Below are positions 9,250 through 21,599 of a DNA stretch of 64,000 bases, piece by piece. The notes below the pieces were generated by a model. The model had not been told where the DNA came from, did not search any database, and saw only the letters and a list, made by a program, of their open reading frames with translations. The number at the start of each line of letters is the position of its first letter. Position 1 is the first letter of the stretch. The stretch comes from Paracoccaceae bacterium (lineage in GTDB: Bacteria > Pseudomonadota > Alphaproteobacteria > Rhodobacterales > Rhodobacteraceae). Both the position numbers and the translations under genes were made by a program. The stretch lies in assembly GCA_029938175.1 (NCBI GenBank), contig JAPYON010000001.1, positions 75,659 to 139,658 of the forward strand, given 5' to 3'.

Positions 9250-9804
9250 ATGGCAGAAAGTGTGTTGCAAGAAATCGGTGAAGATAATTCGCTGCTTTTA
9301 TTGGATGACGACGAACCATTTTTGCGCCGTTTGGCGCGCGCTATGGAAAAGCGTGGATTCTTGGTAACGGCGGCGCAAAGTATTGCAGAAGGCAAAGGCG
9401 CTGTTGCTAATAAGCCGACAGCCTATGCGGTGGTGGATCTGCGGCTAGAGGACGGTAATGGTCTTGATGTTGTAGAGATGCTTCGCGAAAAACGTCCTGA
9501 AGCGCGGATCGTTGTGCTTACCGGTTACGGAGCGATTGCTACGGCCGTTGCTGCGGTGAAAATCGGAGCTACGGACTATTTGTCCAAGCCCGCTGACGCC
9601 AATGACATCACAAATGCACTGCTTACGCGGCCGGAAAACAAGCCTCCCCCACCGGAAAACCCGATGTCTGCGGATCGCGTCCGTTGGGAACACATCCAGC
9701 GCGTGTTTGAACTTTGCGATCGTAATGTTTCCGAAACGGCGCGTCGTTTGAGTATGCACCGCCGCACATTACAGCGGATTTTGGCGAAACGAAGCCCACG
9801 GTAA
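9250..9804 (+). CDS. regA: Response regulator RegA/PrrA
   Basis: Receiver domain plus PPPENPMSADRVRWEHIQRV..NVSETARRLSMHRRTLQRILAKRSPR. Confidence 0.97.
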   Translation: MAESVLQEIGEDNSLLLLDDDEPFLRRLARAMEKRGFLVTAAQSIAEGKGAVANKPTAYAVVDLRLEDGNGLDVVEMLREKRPEARIVVLTGYGAIATAVAAVKIGATDYLSKPADANDITNALLTRPENKPPPPENPMSADRVRWEHIQRVFELCDRNVSETARRLSMHRRTLQRILAKRSPR

Positions 9805-9810
9805 TCTGAT

Positions 9811-10125
9811 ATGCCATCCGCAAGAACCATTCCGACGACCGCAAGCGCAGGAGATTTTTTATCGGCTGTTGAGAATACGCAGCGACACGAAGACACTCGC
9901 GCGGGCGATTGGACGGTCTCTGCCGTTGCGCCGCGCAAAGCTGCGCTGACACTATACATTATGGCGGGTTTCGATCGCCTTCCTGAGATAATGGCGAAAC
10001 TGGGGAAGTATAAAACTGGTAATCGTGCTTGTATCTCAAAATCTGTCGGATGCTGATACAGAAGTTCTGGAGCAACTAATTTCCTGTTCCGTTAATTATA
10101 TGATCGAAACATACCCAAGTTTACA
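9811..10125 (+). pseudogene. DUF1801-family remnant with internal deletion and frameshift
   Basis: TIPTTASAGDFLSAVE.. joined to GDW..PRKAALTLYIMAGF..LGKYKTG; tail CLYL / LSDADTEVLEQLI continues in shifted frames. Confidence 0.65.
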
Positions 10126-10126
10126 A

Positions 10127-10573
10127 CTACCGCAGTTGCCGCATTGCTTCGGCGACGGCAATACCAGCTGACATTGCCACATTCAGCGAACGTCCACCGC
10201 CCGGCATGGGAATCTGCACGGTTGCGTCGGCGGCGGCATGTACTTCCGCTGGAACACCCGCACTTTCGCGACCCATCAGCAGTGTGTCACCGGATTGAAA
10301 TTCAAAATCCCACAGCGACACAGCCCCTTCAGTGGACATCAATACAATCCGCCCAGCAGGTTTCTTTTCGAGATACGAATCCCACGAGTCGTGCCGTTTA
10401 ATCTCCGCTATTTTCGCATAATCCATCGCAGATCTGCGCAATGCTTTGACCGAGAATGGAAAACCGCACGGCTCGATAACGTCGATCGGAACGGCGAAAC
10501 ACGCGCTTAGGCGAATCATGCTGCCCAAATTCAGCGCAATATCGGGTTGAAAACTAGCTAATCGCAGATTCAT
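10127..10573 (-). CDS. trmL: tRNA (cytidine(34)-2'-O)-methyltransferase
   Basis: FQPDIALNLG, IEPCGFPFS..LRRSAMDY, LLMGRESAGVP and RSLNVAMSA SPOUT motifs; start moved to the ATG at 10573. Confidence 0.92.
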   Translation of the reverse strand: MNLRLASFQPDIALNLGSMIRLSACFAVPIDVIEPCGFPFSVKALRRSAMDYAKIAEIKRHDSWDSYLEKKPAGRIVLMSTEGAVSLWDFEFQSGDTLLMGRESAGVPAEVHAAADATVQIPMPGGGRSLNVAMSAGIAVAEAMRQLR

Positions 10574-10732
10574 GCCTTGAAAAATCCTTATTCGTACCAA
10601 CTGCGGCGCAAAGTCCGCTGGACCCAAGAGGTAAGCAAGTGTATTCCCTATTTCTAATGAGCTTACCTTTCGGTGGGCGACCCCGTATTTCTTTGCCTCA
10701 ATTTCGGGGCAGTTACTAGAGGAGAGTATCTT

Positions 10733-11293
10733 TTGTCTCACGCAGAAGACACAGGCTCGCGCCGCGACTTTCTTTATGTCGCCACCGCATCGGCCGGAGC
10801 AGTCGCCACCGGCGCTGCCGTATGGCCACTGATCAACCAGATGAACCCGAGCGCCGACGTTCAGGCGTTGGCCTCGATCGACGTCGATGTTGACGGCTTG
10901 GAACCTGGCGCTCAGCTAACTGTTAAATGGCGCGGAAAACCTGTTTTTGTTCGTCGTCGTACAGCCGACGAAATCGAAACTGGCCGCGCCCAGGATGTTT
11001 CTGCATTGCCGGATGGCGCGTCGCGTAACGCGAATGTCGACTCCGATGCAGACGCCAGTGATAAAAACCGTACGCTGGACGAAGCGGGCGAATGGCTGGT
11101 GATGATGGGCGTTTGTACCCACCTCGGCTGTGTTCCACTGGGCGATGGCGCCGGAGACTTTGGCGGTTGGTTTTGCCCATGCCACGGTTCGCATTATGAC
11201 ACCGCAGGTCGTATCCGTAAGGGTCCTGCTCCTGAAAATCTTCCGGTTCCAGTCGCGAGTTTCACCTCCGACACCGTGATCAAACTAGGCTGA
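10733..11293 (+). CDS. petA: Cytochrome bc1 Rieske Fe-S subunit
   Basis: Tat signal [14 protein letters not shown] and CPCHGSHYD; TTG start after GGAGAG. Confidence 0.97.
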   Translation: MSHAEDTGSRRDFLYVATASAGAVATGAAVWPLINQMNPSADVQALASIDVDVDGLEPGAQLTVKWRGKPVFVRRRTADEIETGRAQDVSALPDGASRNANVDSDADASDKNRTLDEAGEWLVMMGVCTHLGCVPLGDGAGDFGGWFCPCHGSHYDTAGRIRKGPAPENLPVPVASFTSDTVIKLG

Positions 11294-11304
11294 GGGAGAA
11301 TACA

Positions 11305-12621
11305 ATGAGTGGTATCCCACACGATAAATACGAGCCAAAAACGGGCTTCGAAAAATGGTTGCACGAGCGTCTGCCGATTGTAAGCCTTGCTTACGACACG
11401 CTGATGATCCCGACACCGAAAAACCTTAACTGGTGGTGGATATGGGGCATTGTGTTGGCATTCTGCCTTGTGTTGCAGATTATAACAGGTGTCATCCTTG
11501 CGATGCACTACACCCCGAATGTTGATCTTGCTTTCTCGTCGGTCGAGCACATCATGCGTGATGTAAACGGAGGCTGGGCATTACGATATGTCCACATGAA
11601 CGGCGCTTCCTTGTTCTTCATGGCTGTATACATCCACATTTTCCGTGGTCTCTACTACGGCTCGTACAAAGCCCCCCGTGAAATCACCTGGATCATCGGT
11701 ATGCTGATCTATCTCGCGATGATGGCGACTGGTTTCCTTGGCTACGTTTTACCATGGGGTCAGATGTCCTTCTGGGGCGCGACGGTTATTACAGGCCTGT
11801 TTGGTGCGATCCCGTTCGTCGGAGAAGCAATCCAGACTTGGTTGCTGGGTGGACCAGCGGTGGATAACGCCACGCTGAACCGCTTCTTCTCGCTTCACTA
11901 TCTTCTTCCGTTCGTGATTGTTGGCCTTGTCGCCGTTCACATATGGGCGTTCCACACTACTGGCAACAACAATCCAACGGGTGTTGAAGTTCGTCGTGGT
12001 TCAAAAGAAGAGATCGAGAAAGATACGCTTCCGTTCTGGCCTTACTTCGTAATCAAAGACCTATTCGCACTGGCTGTTGTTCTTGCGATCTTTGTGGCGG
12101 TTATCTGGACTATGCCGAACTACTTCGGTCACCCGGACAACTACACAATTGCCAACCCGCTGGTAACACCTGCGCATATTGTTCCTGAATGGTACTACTT
12201 ACCGTTCTACGCAATCCTGCGTGCGTTTACTGCCGATGTTGCAATCGTTCAGATGGTAAGCTGGGTTACCGGTGGCATCGTTGATGCGAAGTTCTTCGGC
12301 GTTATCGCAATGTTCGGTTCAATCTTCGTAATGGCGCTGGTTCCTTGGCTAGACACAAGTCGTACACGCTCGGGTACATACCGTCCGATGTTTAAGTACT
12401 TCTTCTGGCTTCTGATTATCGACTTCATGGTACTGATGTGGGCTGGCGCTATGCCTGCCGAGCCTCCGTATTCCACGATCTCGCTGATCGGTTCAGCCTA
12501 TTGGTTCGGCTACTTCCTGGTTATCCTGCCTGTTTTGGGATTGGTCGAGAAAGCCAAAACACCACCTGCGACAATCGAAGAAGACTTCGACGCGCATTAT
12601 AAGCCCGATGCGGCTGAGTAA
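11305..12621 (+). CDS. petB: Cytochrome b
   Basis: [28 protein letters not shown] and HIVPEWY. Confidence 0.98.
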   Translation: MSGIPHDKYEPKTGFEKWLHERLPIVSLAYDTLMIPTPKNLNWWWIWGIVLAFCLVLQIITGVILAMHYTPNVDLAFSSVEHIMRDVNGGWALRYVHMNGASLFFMAVYIHIFRGLYYGSYKAPREITWIIGMLIYLAMMATGFLGYVLPWGQMSFWGATVITGLFGAIPFVGEAIQTWLLGGPAVDNATLNRFFSLHYLLPFVIVGLVAVHIWAFHTTGNNNPTGVEVRRGSKEEIEKDTLPFWPYFVIKDLFALAVVLAIFVAVIWTMPNYFGHPDNYTIANPLVTPAHIVPEWYYLPFYAILRAFTADVAIVQMVSWVTGGIVDAKFFGVIAMFGSIFVMALVPWLDTSRTRSGTYRPMFKYFFWLLIIDFMVLMWAGAMPAEPPYSTISLIGSAYWFGYFLVILPVLGLVEKAKTPPATIEEDFDAHYKPDAAE

Positions 12622-12643
12622 GAGACGAAAAGGAAATATTGAG

Positions 12644-13423
12644 ATGTTTAAAAAAACTATCCTTTCCGCGCTCCTAGCGGCTGGCATTGCAGGTGCAGCA
12701 TATGCTGAGGTGGGCGAGCAACATATCGAAGACTTCGATTTCAGCTTCGAGGGACCATTCGGTTCGTTCGACCAACACCAGTTGCAACGTGGCCTTCAGG
12801 TTTATACCGAGGTTTGTTCAGCTTGTCACGGTCTGCAATATGTTTCGTTTCGCACTTTGGGTGACGAAGGCGGACCGGAGCTGGAAGCTGAGCAAGTCAA
12901 AGCCTACGCTGCACAGTTCGAAGTGTACGATGCTGTACTTGACGAAGATCGTGCTGCGAAGCCGGCGGACATGTTCCCGATGTCAGGCTTTGACGGCGCA
13001 CCTGACCTTAGCTTGATGGCGAAAGCCCGTGCTGGTTTCCATGGTCCGTACGGTCTTGGAATTAATCAGGTCATCAAAGGTATGGGTGGTCCGGAATATA
13101 TCGCTTCGATCCTTTCCGGTTACACTGGTCACGAAAAAGAAGAAGCTGGCACAACATTCTACGAAAACACGGCCTTCCCGGGCGGATGGATCGCAATGGC
13201 TCCGCCACTCGAAGATGATCTAGTAGAATTCCGTGACGGCCACGAAGCTGACATTCACCACATGGCACAGGACGTTTCGGCATTCTTAATGTGGGCTGCC
13301 GAACCCAAGATGACGGCACGCAAAGAAGTAGGGTTCCTCGTGTTCGTGTTCATGGTGTTCCTTGCGTCGTTGCTGTATCTGACAAACAAACGTCTTTGGG
13401 CTCCACACAAGTACAAAGACTGA
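12644..13423 (+). CDS. petC: Cytochrome c1
   Basis: Signal peptide, CSACH heme motif, IAMAPPL, WAAEP and C-terminal anchor. Confidence 0.97.
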   Translation: MFKKTILSALLAAGIAGAAYAEVGEQHIEDFDFSFEGPFGSFDQHQLQRGLQVYTEVCSACHGLQYVSFRTLGDEGGPELEAEQVKAYAAQFEVYDAVLDEDRAAKPADMFPMSGFDGAPDLSLMAKARAGFHGPYGLGINQVIKGMGGPEYIASILSGYTGHEKEEAGTTFYENTAFPGGWIAMAPPLEDDLVEFRDGHEADIHHMAQDVSAFLMWAAEPKMTARKEVGFLVFVFMVFLASLLYLTNKRLWAPHKYKD

Positions 13424-13444
13424 TCTTAACGGTTAACAAGATAT

Positions 13445-13476
13445 GAAGGGGCGGGATTTATTCCGGCCCTTTTTTG
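13445..13476 (+). terminator. Probable intrinsic terminator after petC
   Basis: GAAGGGGCGGGATTTATTCCGGCCCTTTTTT imperfect stem followed by a T run. Confidence 0.6.
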
Positions 13477-14186
13477 TTGCCCAAATACTCGATTAGCGTA
13501 GCGGGCGGATTGTCTAGAAGATTGGCCGTTGGCATTGACTCTGCGGCAACGCCATCTGCCACTAAAACCGTCCTCTCCGCAATCCGCATCGCATCATCAG
13601 GGTTGTGCGTCACCAGCAGTACCGTTGAACTTTGCTGTTGTTGTATACGGGCCACCAAATCCAGCATTTCATGCCGAAGTGCCGGACCCAGTGCCGCAAA
13701 CGGTTCGTCCAGCATTAACACGGGTCGATCCCGCAAAACCGCTCGCGCCAAGGCCACTCGTTGCCGTTGTCCGCCCGATAATTCGGAGGGATGGCGGTCG
13801 TTCATGTTTGCCAACCCAACGCTTTCCAGCGTTTCCGTGACTCGTTCAGTATCGGCTTTTGACAGTTTCAAATCAGCCCGAACCCCAAGAGCGGTATTTT
13901 GAAAAACTGTCAAATGCGGGAACAGGTTGTTTTCCTGAAACAACAACGTCACAGGCCTGTCCTCGGGCGCGGAATCTGTCATATTTCGATCATCAAACAA
14001 AAGCTCACCTGACGAAACTTCGACAAATCCGGCAATTGCCAACAGTAATGTAGATTTTCCACCACCAGACGGTCCGATGATCGCAGTAATTCCGTCACTT
14101 ATTGTCCAATCGGCAGCTAGCGAAAATCCTTTTTGGGCGACTAAGAATTTGTTAAGACTGATGTCCAAGACGGCCTCCACGATCAA
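13458..14186 (-). CDS. thiQ: Thiamine ABC transporter ATPase
   Basis: GPSGGGKS, LFQENNLFPHL, LSGGQRQRVALAR; last gene of the thiBPQ operon; start approximate. Confidence 0.92.
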   Translation of the reverse strand: MIVEAVLDISLNKFLVAQKGFSLAADWTISDGITAIIGPSGGGKSTLLLAIAGFVEVSSGELLFDDRNMTDSAPEDRPVTLLFQENNLFPHLTVFQNTALGVRADLKLSKADTERVTETLESVGLANMNDRHPSELSGGQRQRVALARAVLRDRPVLMLDEPFAALGPALRHEMLDLVARIQQQQSSTVLLVTHNPDDAMRIAERTVLVADGVAAESMPTANLLDNPPATLIEYLGNKKGPE

Positions 14187-15735
14187 AAATCCAGAACATT
14201 GTTAAGGTTAGTGAAACCAAGACCAACCCAACACTGGCCGCGTCTTCGATTCGGTAAGCCCCCATTAACCTATACATAACCAACGGTAATGTTTCGACGT
14301 TCGGTGGGGCGAACAGTGTAATCACGCCAAGGTCGCCCATCGACAACGCCGCAGCCAGCCCCGTCGAAAATCCCAGAGGCCTGCGGATTTCCGGCCAGAT
14401 TGCCACGCGAAACCTGACCCAGCTGCTCATCCCCAAACTATCGGCTAATTTTCCGTAAACCAATCTCTGTCGTTGCAACGCAGGCAAAAGTGCACGCAAC
14501 GTTAACGGCAAACTTATCGCGGCATTAACCAATGCGGTGATGGGCAGGGCGAGAGCGAATGGGTCCGCTACCGGATGTATCACGATGAACAGCCCCGTAC
14601 CCAAAACGAATGGTGATGCCGCGAGGGTTAACATCCCAAAGCCTTCGACCGTGCTGGACAATCGCGAATCACGCGATTTCAGAAGATCAATCATTGCGGC
14701 CAAGGATAACGCCAGAAAAACGGACAATGCAGCAGAACTCAGTGCGATTAAGACACTGTTAACCGCTGCCGGCCAAACGGTTACCGGCAGGTTACCAAGC
14801 GACGGCACTCCTCGTATCAAGATTGCGACAAGCGGAGCGCCAAGGAACGCGCTAACGCCCAACAGCACCAAGCGGTCCTGCCACAGTAACACTTGCGACG
14901 AGGCATCCCAATGTTTGACTGCGCCTGACAGGCCCCCGCCAAAATTAGCGTTGACTGCTGCCCGCAGCGACCAGAATGCGACAATTGCGCATATCGAAAA
15001 CTGCACCAACCCCAATAACGCGGCTTTCCCTAAGTCAAACTCAAACCTTAACGCTTGGTAAATCGCCAGTTCGATTGTCGTCGCTTTTGGTCCACCACCC
15101 AGCGCCAAGGCGACCGCAAAACTGGTTGTGCAAAGTAGAAATACCAACAGGAATGCGCCTGGCAAGATGCCGCGTAGCATGGGCCACTCCAGTCGGCGGA
15201 AAACATCCGCGGGCCGCATTCCCAATTGCGCGGCAAGACGAAAATGCTCGGCGGGTATTTGGCCCCAGCCTTGCAAAATTAGCCGAGCTACCAACGGAAG
15301 GTTAAAAAACACATGTGCCAATAACACTCCGGTCAACCCGTAGATGCTGATTCGCTCGCCACCGCTTGCAATCAACAGCTGCGATACAAATCCCGAGCGA
15401 CCCCACACGGCGAGCAACCCAAAAACCGCTACGATCACGGGCAACAAGAACGGAGCGCCCAGCAAAGTCAGTAATAAAGCGCGCCCGCGAAACTGGCGAC
15501 GTGCCAGGGCGCGGGCGACGGGGATGGCTAGAGAGATGCTTATGATTGCCGAAAGTGTTGCTTGAAAAACCGTGAAGCGGATCGCCGACCAGTTGGATCC
15601 ACTTAGGCGCGTGGATACATCCGCCCGCATCCAAAGTGCGATCAAAGGTCCAACGGTCAGCAACGCCACGAAAAGCAAAGCTGCTGAACCGCCAAAAATG
15701 ACGACAGGGTTTATCGACTTAGCGCGGACAGCCAT
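14152..15735 (-). CDS. thiP: Thiamine ABC transporter permease
   Basis: Duplicated permease with LAHVFFNLPL, GGGPKATTIELAIYQAL and ALSMGDLGVI motifs. Confidence 0.93.
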   Translation of the reverse strand: MAVRAKSINPVVIFGGSAALLFVALLTVGPLIALWMRADVSTRLSGSNWSAIRFTVFQATLSAIISISLAIPVARALARRQFRGRALLLTLLGAPFLLPVIVAVFGLLAVWGRSGFVSQLLIASGGERISIYGLTGVLLAHVFFNLPLVARLILQGWGQIPAEHFRLAAQLGMRPADVFRRLEWPMLRGILPGAFLLVFLLCTTSFAVALALGGGPKATTIELAIYQALRFEFDLGKAALLGLVQFSICAIVAFWSLRAAVNANFGGGLSGAVKHWDASSQVLLWQDRLVLLGVSAFLGAPLVAILIRGVPSLGNLPVTVWPAAVNSVLIALSSAALSVFLALSLAAMIDLLKSRDSRLSSTVEGFGMLTLAASPFVLGTGLFIVIHPVADPFALALPITALVNAAISLPLTLRALLPALQRQRLVYGKLADSLGMSSWVRFRVAIWPEIRRPLGFSTGLAAALSMGDLGVITLFAPPNVETLPLVMYRLMGAYRIEDAASVGLVLVSLTLTMFWIFDRGGRLGHQS

Positions 15736-16697
15736 TCAGCCAAAGCCTCTTTGCGTACTGCCTCGACATTAGCAGCCGGAATAAGCAGCGCGTGTTGCGT
15801 CGAGTATGTGTCAAACCCATCTGGCAATCCGCCCGACGGTGTCACCGCTGGATACATCCAGTTTGTAGTCGGCAGGATGGCCTGAAACGTTTCGGACAGC
15901 ATGAATTCAAGAAATGCGTCCGCCAAAACTTCCTGATCAGTTCCAGCCACTTTGGCCGCAACTTCGATTTGCATATAATGCCCTTCGTCAAAAATCGCAG
16001 CAGCTTTGGTATCGTCGCCCTCTGCAATCAGGTGATATGCTGGCGATGTCGTATAGCTCAGCACCATATCGGATTCGCCCTCAAGGAACATCCCGTAAGC
16101 TTCGGACCAACCTTTGGTAACGGTGATAATTTGCGGTGATAACGCCTCCCAAACTGTCTGCGCATCGCTGCCATAGACGGCTTTTACCCAGAGCAGCAAG
16201 CCCAGTCCGGGGGTTGAGCTGCGCGGGTCTTGTATGATAATGTTTACGTCACTTTCCAGTAGCGCCGCAAAGCTGTCAGGCGCGTCGGATAACCTTGTTT
16301 TGTCATATACGAAGGAAAAATATCCCCAGTCGTACGGCAGAAACACGCTGTCGTCCCATGTGACTGGCAAAGATAGGCCAGATGGCTGGATGCCATGTTC
16401 TGCAAATAATCCAGTTGCTTTGGCGTTTTCGATCAGGCTGGTGTCTAGCCCCAAGACCACGTCGGCTTTTGTTCGCGCACCTTCCAATTTCATGCGCGCC
16501 AACAGGGCGGCACCATCTCCCGCGCCGACAAAAACCAGATCGCAGTCGCAGCTTTCTTCAAATGCGGCCTCGATGGCGGGGCCGGGGCCCCAATCGGACA
16601 CAAAGCTGTCGTAGGTGTAGACTGTTAAGGTTGGTGCTTCAGCCCAAGCTGCCCCGCAAAGGGTAACTAGGGCCGCAGTCAAAAGGGATCGTTTCAT
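15711..16697 (-). CDS. thiB: Thiamine ABC transporter substrate-binding protein
   Basis: TVYTYDSFVSDWGPGP, QDPRSSTPGLG, GWSEAYGMF and SYTTSPAYH. Confidence 0.95.
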   Translation of the reverse strand: MKRSLLTAALVTLCGAAWAEAPTLTVYTYDSFVSDWGPGPAIEAAFEESCDCDLVFVGAGDGAALLARMKLEGARTKADVVLGLDTSLIENAKATGLFAEHGIQPSGLSLPVTWDDSVFLPYDWGYFSFVYDKTRLSDAPDSFAALLESDVNIIIQDPRSSTPGLGLLLWVKAVYGSDAQTVWEALSPQIITVTKGWSEAYGMFLEGESDMVLSYTTSPAYHLIAEGDDTKAAAIFDEGHYMQIEVAAKVAGTDQEVLADAFLEFMLSETFQAILPTTNWMYPAVTPSGGLPDGFDTYSTQHALLIPAANVEAVRKEALAEWLSALSR

Positions 16698-16747
16698 ATT
16701 GTCCTCCATTTGCTGCGGCGTATGGATCGGAGGAACGGGTAACCCGT

Positions 16748-16836
16748 CGCACCTTCCCTACGCCGGCATAATCCGGTTCAGGTTCAACGGGTTCGCATCA
16801 TGCGTCTCAGCCATTTCTGGCTCCCCGAGGCAGCTC
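16748..16836 (-). ncRNA. TPP riboswitch
   Basis: Minus strand reads GGGGAGCC..GGCTGAGA..ACCCGTTGAACCTGAACCGGATTATGCCGGCGTAGGGAAG, the THI-box consensus, upstream of thiB. Confidence 0.93.
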
Positions 16837-16934
16837 AGACACTAGCCAGAATCGCCGGAATTGCAAGGGGTCGAAACAAAAGGGCTTTTTACGGGGCGTA
16901 GGTTGCGGTATTGATCGCAAAAGGAGTTAACGCA

Positions 16935-18035
16935 ATGTCCATGAATTCGTTCGGCCACCTGTTCCGCATTACTACTTGGGGCGAAAGCCATGGCCCGGCC
17001 TTGGGTGCAGTGGTTGACGGCTGCCCTCCGAACGTGCCGCTTACGGCGGAAATGCTGCAGCACTGGTTGGACAGGCGTAAACCCGGGCAGAATAAATTCA
17101 CGACGCAGCGGCAAGAGGCCGATCTGGTCGAGATTTTATCTGGCGTTTTTGAGGGGAAAACTACAGGAACGCCTATTCAACTTATGATCCGCAATACGGA
17201 CCATAGATCCAAGGACTATGGCGACATTCTAGAGAAATTCCGCCCTGGACATGCGGATATTACCTATTTTCAGAAATACGGAAATCGGGATTATCGCGGA
17301 GGCGGCCGTTCAAGTGCCCGCGAAACGGCTGCTCGTGTCGCTGCCGGAGGCGTTGCGCGCGAAGTCCTGAAATCCTTACTGCCGGAACTAAAAATTGTAG
17401 GATATATGGTGCAAATGGGGTCATACAAGATTGATCGTAACAAGTCCGATTTGGCAAATATCGAGGCAAACCCGTTCTGGACTCCCGATGCTGAAGCGGC
17501 CGAAAAATGGGATGGGTATTTGTCCGCGTTGCGAAAATCTGGCAGCTCGGTCGGTGCGGTGGTCGAGGTGATCGCGTCTGGCCTGCCAGCGGGTATCGGT
17601 GCACCGGTTTATGCGAAATTGGACACTGAGATCGCGACTGCGATGATGTCGATCAATGCGGTTAAGGCCGTCGAAATCGGCGTGGGCATGGAGGCGGCGA
17701 CCTTGACGGGCGAAGAAAACGCCGACGAAATTACGATGGGCCCCGATGGACCGGTTTTTTCAAGTAACCACGCAGGTGGCATTCTGGGCGGTATTTCGAC
17801 CGGGCAAGACGTGGTATGCCGGTTTGCGGTGAAACCGACCTCGTCGATCTTGACCCCTCGAAAGACGATCACGAAGTCGGGCCAAAACACCGAAATTGTC
17901 ACGAAAGGTCGACATGATCCCTGCGTCGGCATCCGCGCGGTTCCCGTTGGTGAAGCGATGATGGCTTGCGTGTTGCTAGATCAGGTCCTGCTTCACCGAG
18001 GGCAAACTGGCGAAAATCAAGGAATTATTGGTTAA
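16935..18035 (+). CDS. aroC: Chorismate synthase
   Basis: [29 protein letters not shown] and GRHDPCV. Confidence 0.97.
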   Translation: MSMNSFGHLFRITTWGESHGPALGAVVDGCPPNVPLTAEMLQHWLDRRKPGQNKFTTQRQEADLVEILSGVFEGKTTGTPIQLMIRNTDHRSKDYGDILEKFRPGHADITYFQKYGNRDYRGGGRSSARETAARVAAGGVAREVLKSLLPELKIVGYMVQMGSYKIDRNKSDLANIEANPFWTPDAEAAEKWDGYLSALRKSGSSVGAVVEVIASGLPAGIGAPVYAKLDTEIATAMMSINAVKAVEIGVGMEAATLTGEENADEITMGPDGPVFSSNHAGGILGGISTGQDVVCRFAVKPTSSILTPRKTITKSGQNTEIVTKGRHDPCVGIRAVPVGEAMMACVLLDQVLLHRGQTGENQGIIG

Positions 18036-18046
18036 AGGATAGAATT

Positions 18047-18832
18047 ATGGAATGGTTTATTGACCTAATGGTTAACGTATTCATCGCTGCGGCAATACTG
18101 CTTGCAGCGGTTTGGCTATCGGGCTTCGTTGGAAAACAACTCCGAAGTCTTGGCAAACAATACGAAGAACTAGACGAAACATTGTTCGGATTTCTGGCGA
18201 GCCTCGCTCGGTATACGATCCTTATTTTTGCAACCATCTTTGTTCTGGCCCGGTTCGGAGTGCAAACCACATCGTTGGTCGCCCTCGTCGGTGCAGCAGG
18301 ATTGGCCATTGGTTTGGCATTGCAAGGCACTTTGTCCAATCTTGCGGCTGGGGTTATGTTGTTGGGGTTTCGCCCGTTCAAAGTTGGTGATTACATCACT
18401 GCAGCGGGGCAATCGGGGACTGTGAAGGTTATCGGGTTGTTTACGGTCGAACTAGTGACGCCTGACAACATACAGGTCATAGTGCCGAACGGAGATATTT
18501 GGTCTTCGTCCATCAAAAATTACTCAATTTACGATACGCGCCGCGCCCAGTGGGTGTTCGGGGTGTCATACGATTCCGATCTGAAAAAGGCCGAAACAAT
18601 CCTGCGCAAACTTGTCGAAAAAGACGAACGTTCACACGAAGATCCGGCACCCTTTATCAAGATTACTAATCTTGGCGACAGCTCGGTAGATTTCACCGTG
18701 CGGGTGTGGTGTGATCGCAGCGATTACTGGGAATTCAAATGCGATATGACCCGTGCGGTGAAAGAGGCGTTCGATAAAGGCGGGGTCGATATTCCGTATC
18801 CGACCATCACGCAGATTCAGGTCAGCAACTAA
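18047..18832 (+). CDS. mscS: Small-conductance mechanosensitive channel
   Basis: GAAGLAIGLALQGTLSNLAAG, RPFKVGD and GVDIPYP. Confidence 0.92.
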   Translation: MEWFIDLMVNVFIAAAILLAAVWLSGFVGKQLRSLGKQYEELDETLFGFLASLARYTILIFATIFVLARFGVQTTSLVALVGAAGLAIGLALQGTLSNLAAGVMLLGFRPFKVGDYITAAGQSGTVKVIGLFTVELVTPDNIQVIVPNGDIWSSSIKNYSIYDTRRAQWVFGVSYDSDLKKAETILRKLVEKDERSHEDPAPFIKITNLGDSSVDFTVRVWCDRSDYWEFKCDMTRAVKEAFDKGGVDIPYPTITQIQVSN

Positions 18833-19101
18833 ACCAATCCGGCGCGCCGTTGAAGTTCGTCGCCGTACCTACACAACTCCTGCCCTAGAAATTCGTCGGA
18901 GTTATTCTTGCACATCCAGACGATGGTCGCCGCTGGCCACTCGGGTTTGAAGTGTTCTGACGGGTCCATTTGACTGACCGGGTTAATTCCTGACGCTTTG
19001 ATCGCGCCACGCAGACGAATTGACCGCGTCCATGGGTCAGTTCGCGCTATTATCTCGCACAGTTTATTTATAAACAACTTTGTAAGCGGAGATAATAATC
19101 C

Positions 19102-19178
<77 letters not shown>

Positions 19179-19182
19179 AACA

Positions 19183-19806
19183 TTGGGGTGGACTTTGAAT
19201 AAGCCGGATTTCAGTTTCGAAATTGCATGCTTACTATCTCCCGTTTGCGGGATCGACGAGGCTGGCCGTGGTCCATGGGCGGGGCCGGTGGTTGCTAGCG
19301 CCGTGATCCTGAATCCCACGGAAGTCCCCGAAGGATTGAATGATTCCAAAAAATTGACTGCGAAACGGCGAGATGTTCTGTTTGATGCGATAAGTAAATC
19401 CGCACTGGTTGGCATCGGGACTGCTACAGTTCAGGAGATCGATGAAATCAATATTTTACAGGCTACCTTTCTGGCCATGCGCCGCGCGATGACTGATTTG
19501 CCGGCACTGCCGAACTACGCCCTTATTGATGGCAACAAAATTCCACCCGACTTCCCCTGCGATGCCGAAGCGATCGTCAAAGGCGACGGGCGTTCGGTTT
19601 CTATTGCGGCGGCATCGATCATCGCGAAAGTCACTCGCGACCGGATAATGGTGGCATTAGCGCAACAGTTTCCGGGATATGGGTGGGAACGTAATGCCGG
19701 ATATGGCGTAAAAGCCCACCAAGAAGGCCTTAACCGTCTTGGGCTGACCCCTCACCATAGAGTCAGCTTCAAACCGATACACAAGATATTGTATCAAGAT
19801 AATTAA
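19183..19806 (+). CDS. rnhB: Ribonuclease HII
   Basis: [42 protein letters not shown]; start approximate. Confidence 0.96.
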   Translation: MGWTLNKPDFSFEIACLLSPVCGIDEAGRGPWAGPVVASAVILNPTEVPEGLNDSKKLTAKRRDVLFDAISKSALVGIGTATVQEIDEINILQATFLAMRRAMTDLPALPNYALIDGNKIPPDFPCDAEAIVKGDGRSVSIAAASIIAKVTRDRIMVALAQQFPGYGWERNAGYGVKAHQEGLNRLGLTPHHRVSFKPIHKILYQDN

Positions 19807-19815
19807 TTAAGCACT

Positions 19816-19855
19816 TGATTCAAAAAGAAATTGACGGCGAATCACTTTTGAATCA
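19816..19855. promoter_or_regulatory. ccrM promoter: 10-bp inverted repeat carrying GANTC sites
   Basis: TGATTCAAAA (19816-25) and TTTTGAATCA (19846-55); GANTC at 19817, 19839 and 19850. Confidence 0.6.
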
Positions 19856-19882
19856 TCTTGGTCGCAACAAGAAAACATATAA

Positions 19883-21010
<1,128 letters not shown>

Positions 21011-21051
21011 TCACAAAATTACCGCCAGGGTCCATTGGGACGCAAGACTTT

Positions 21052-21080
21052 ACCCCGCCACTGCTCGGCGGGGTTTTTTT
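21052..21080 (+). terminator. Intrinsic terminator after ccrM
   Basis: ACCCCGCC-ACTGCTC-GGCGGGGT followed by a T run. Confidence 0.8.
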
Positions 21081-21134
21081 ATGCGCGAATACCATGTAGC
21101 GTCTCCACGATTAAACTTGCAAATGGAGCATCCC

Positions 21135-21599
21135 ATGTCTGGAAATTATGAAACCCGCCTAGCTGAACTCGGTATTGATTTGCCAAGCCCTTCAGCTCCA
21201 GCCGCCAATTATGCGCCCTTCGTGCGCATTGGTGATCTGGTGTATATCTCGGGTCAAATCTCGATGGATGCGAACGGGATGATCATTGGTAAACTGGGCG
21301 ACGGATTTTCGCTTGATGACGCATACGCTGCGGCGCGACTTTGCGGAATTAATCTGATCGCGCAGGTCCGCGCGGCGTGTGACGGCGACCTCGATCGTCT
21401 GGTTCGTGTTATAAAACTGAGCGGTTTCGTTAACGCCACACAGGATTTCACCGACCACCCGAGGGTAATTAACGGGGCGTCGGACCTAATGGTCGAAGTA
21501 TTTGGTGATCAAGGCCGCCACGCACGGGCGGCGGTTGGATCTTCATCGTTACCACTTGGTGTTGCGGTAGAAGTTGAAGGTATCTTCCAGGTTGACTAG
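21135..21599 (+). CDS. RidA-family protein
   Basis: PAANYAPF, YISGQIS, VINGASDLMVEVFGDQGRHARAAVG and VEVEGIF. Confidence 0.92.
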   Translation: MSGNYETRLAELGIDLPSPSAPAANYAPFVRIGDLVYISGQISMDANGMIIGKLGDGFSLDDAYAAARLCGINLIAQVRAACDGDLDRLVRVIKLSGFVNATQDFTDHPRVINGASDLMVEVFGDQGRHARAAVGSSSLPLGVAVEVEGIFQVD

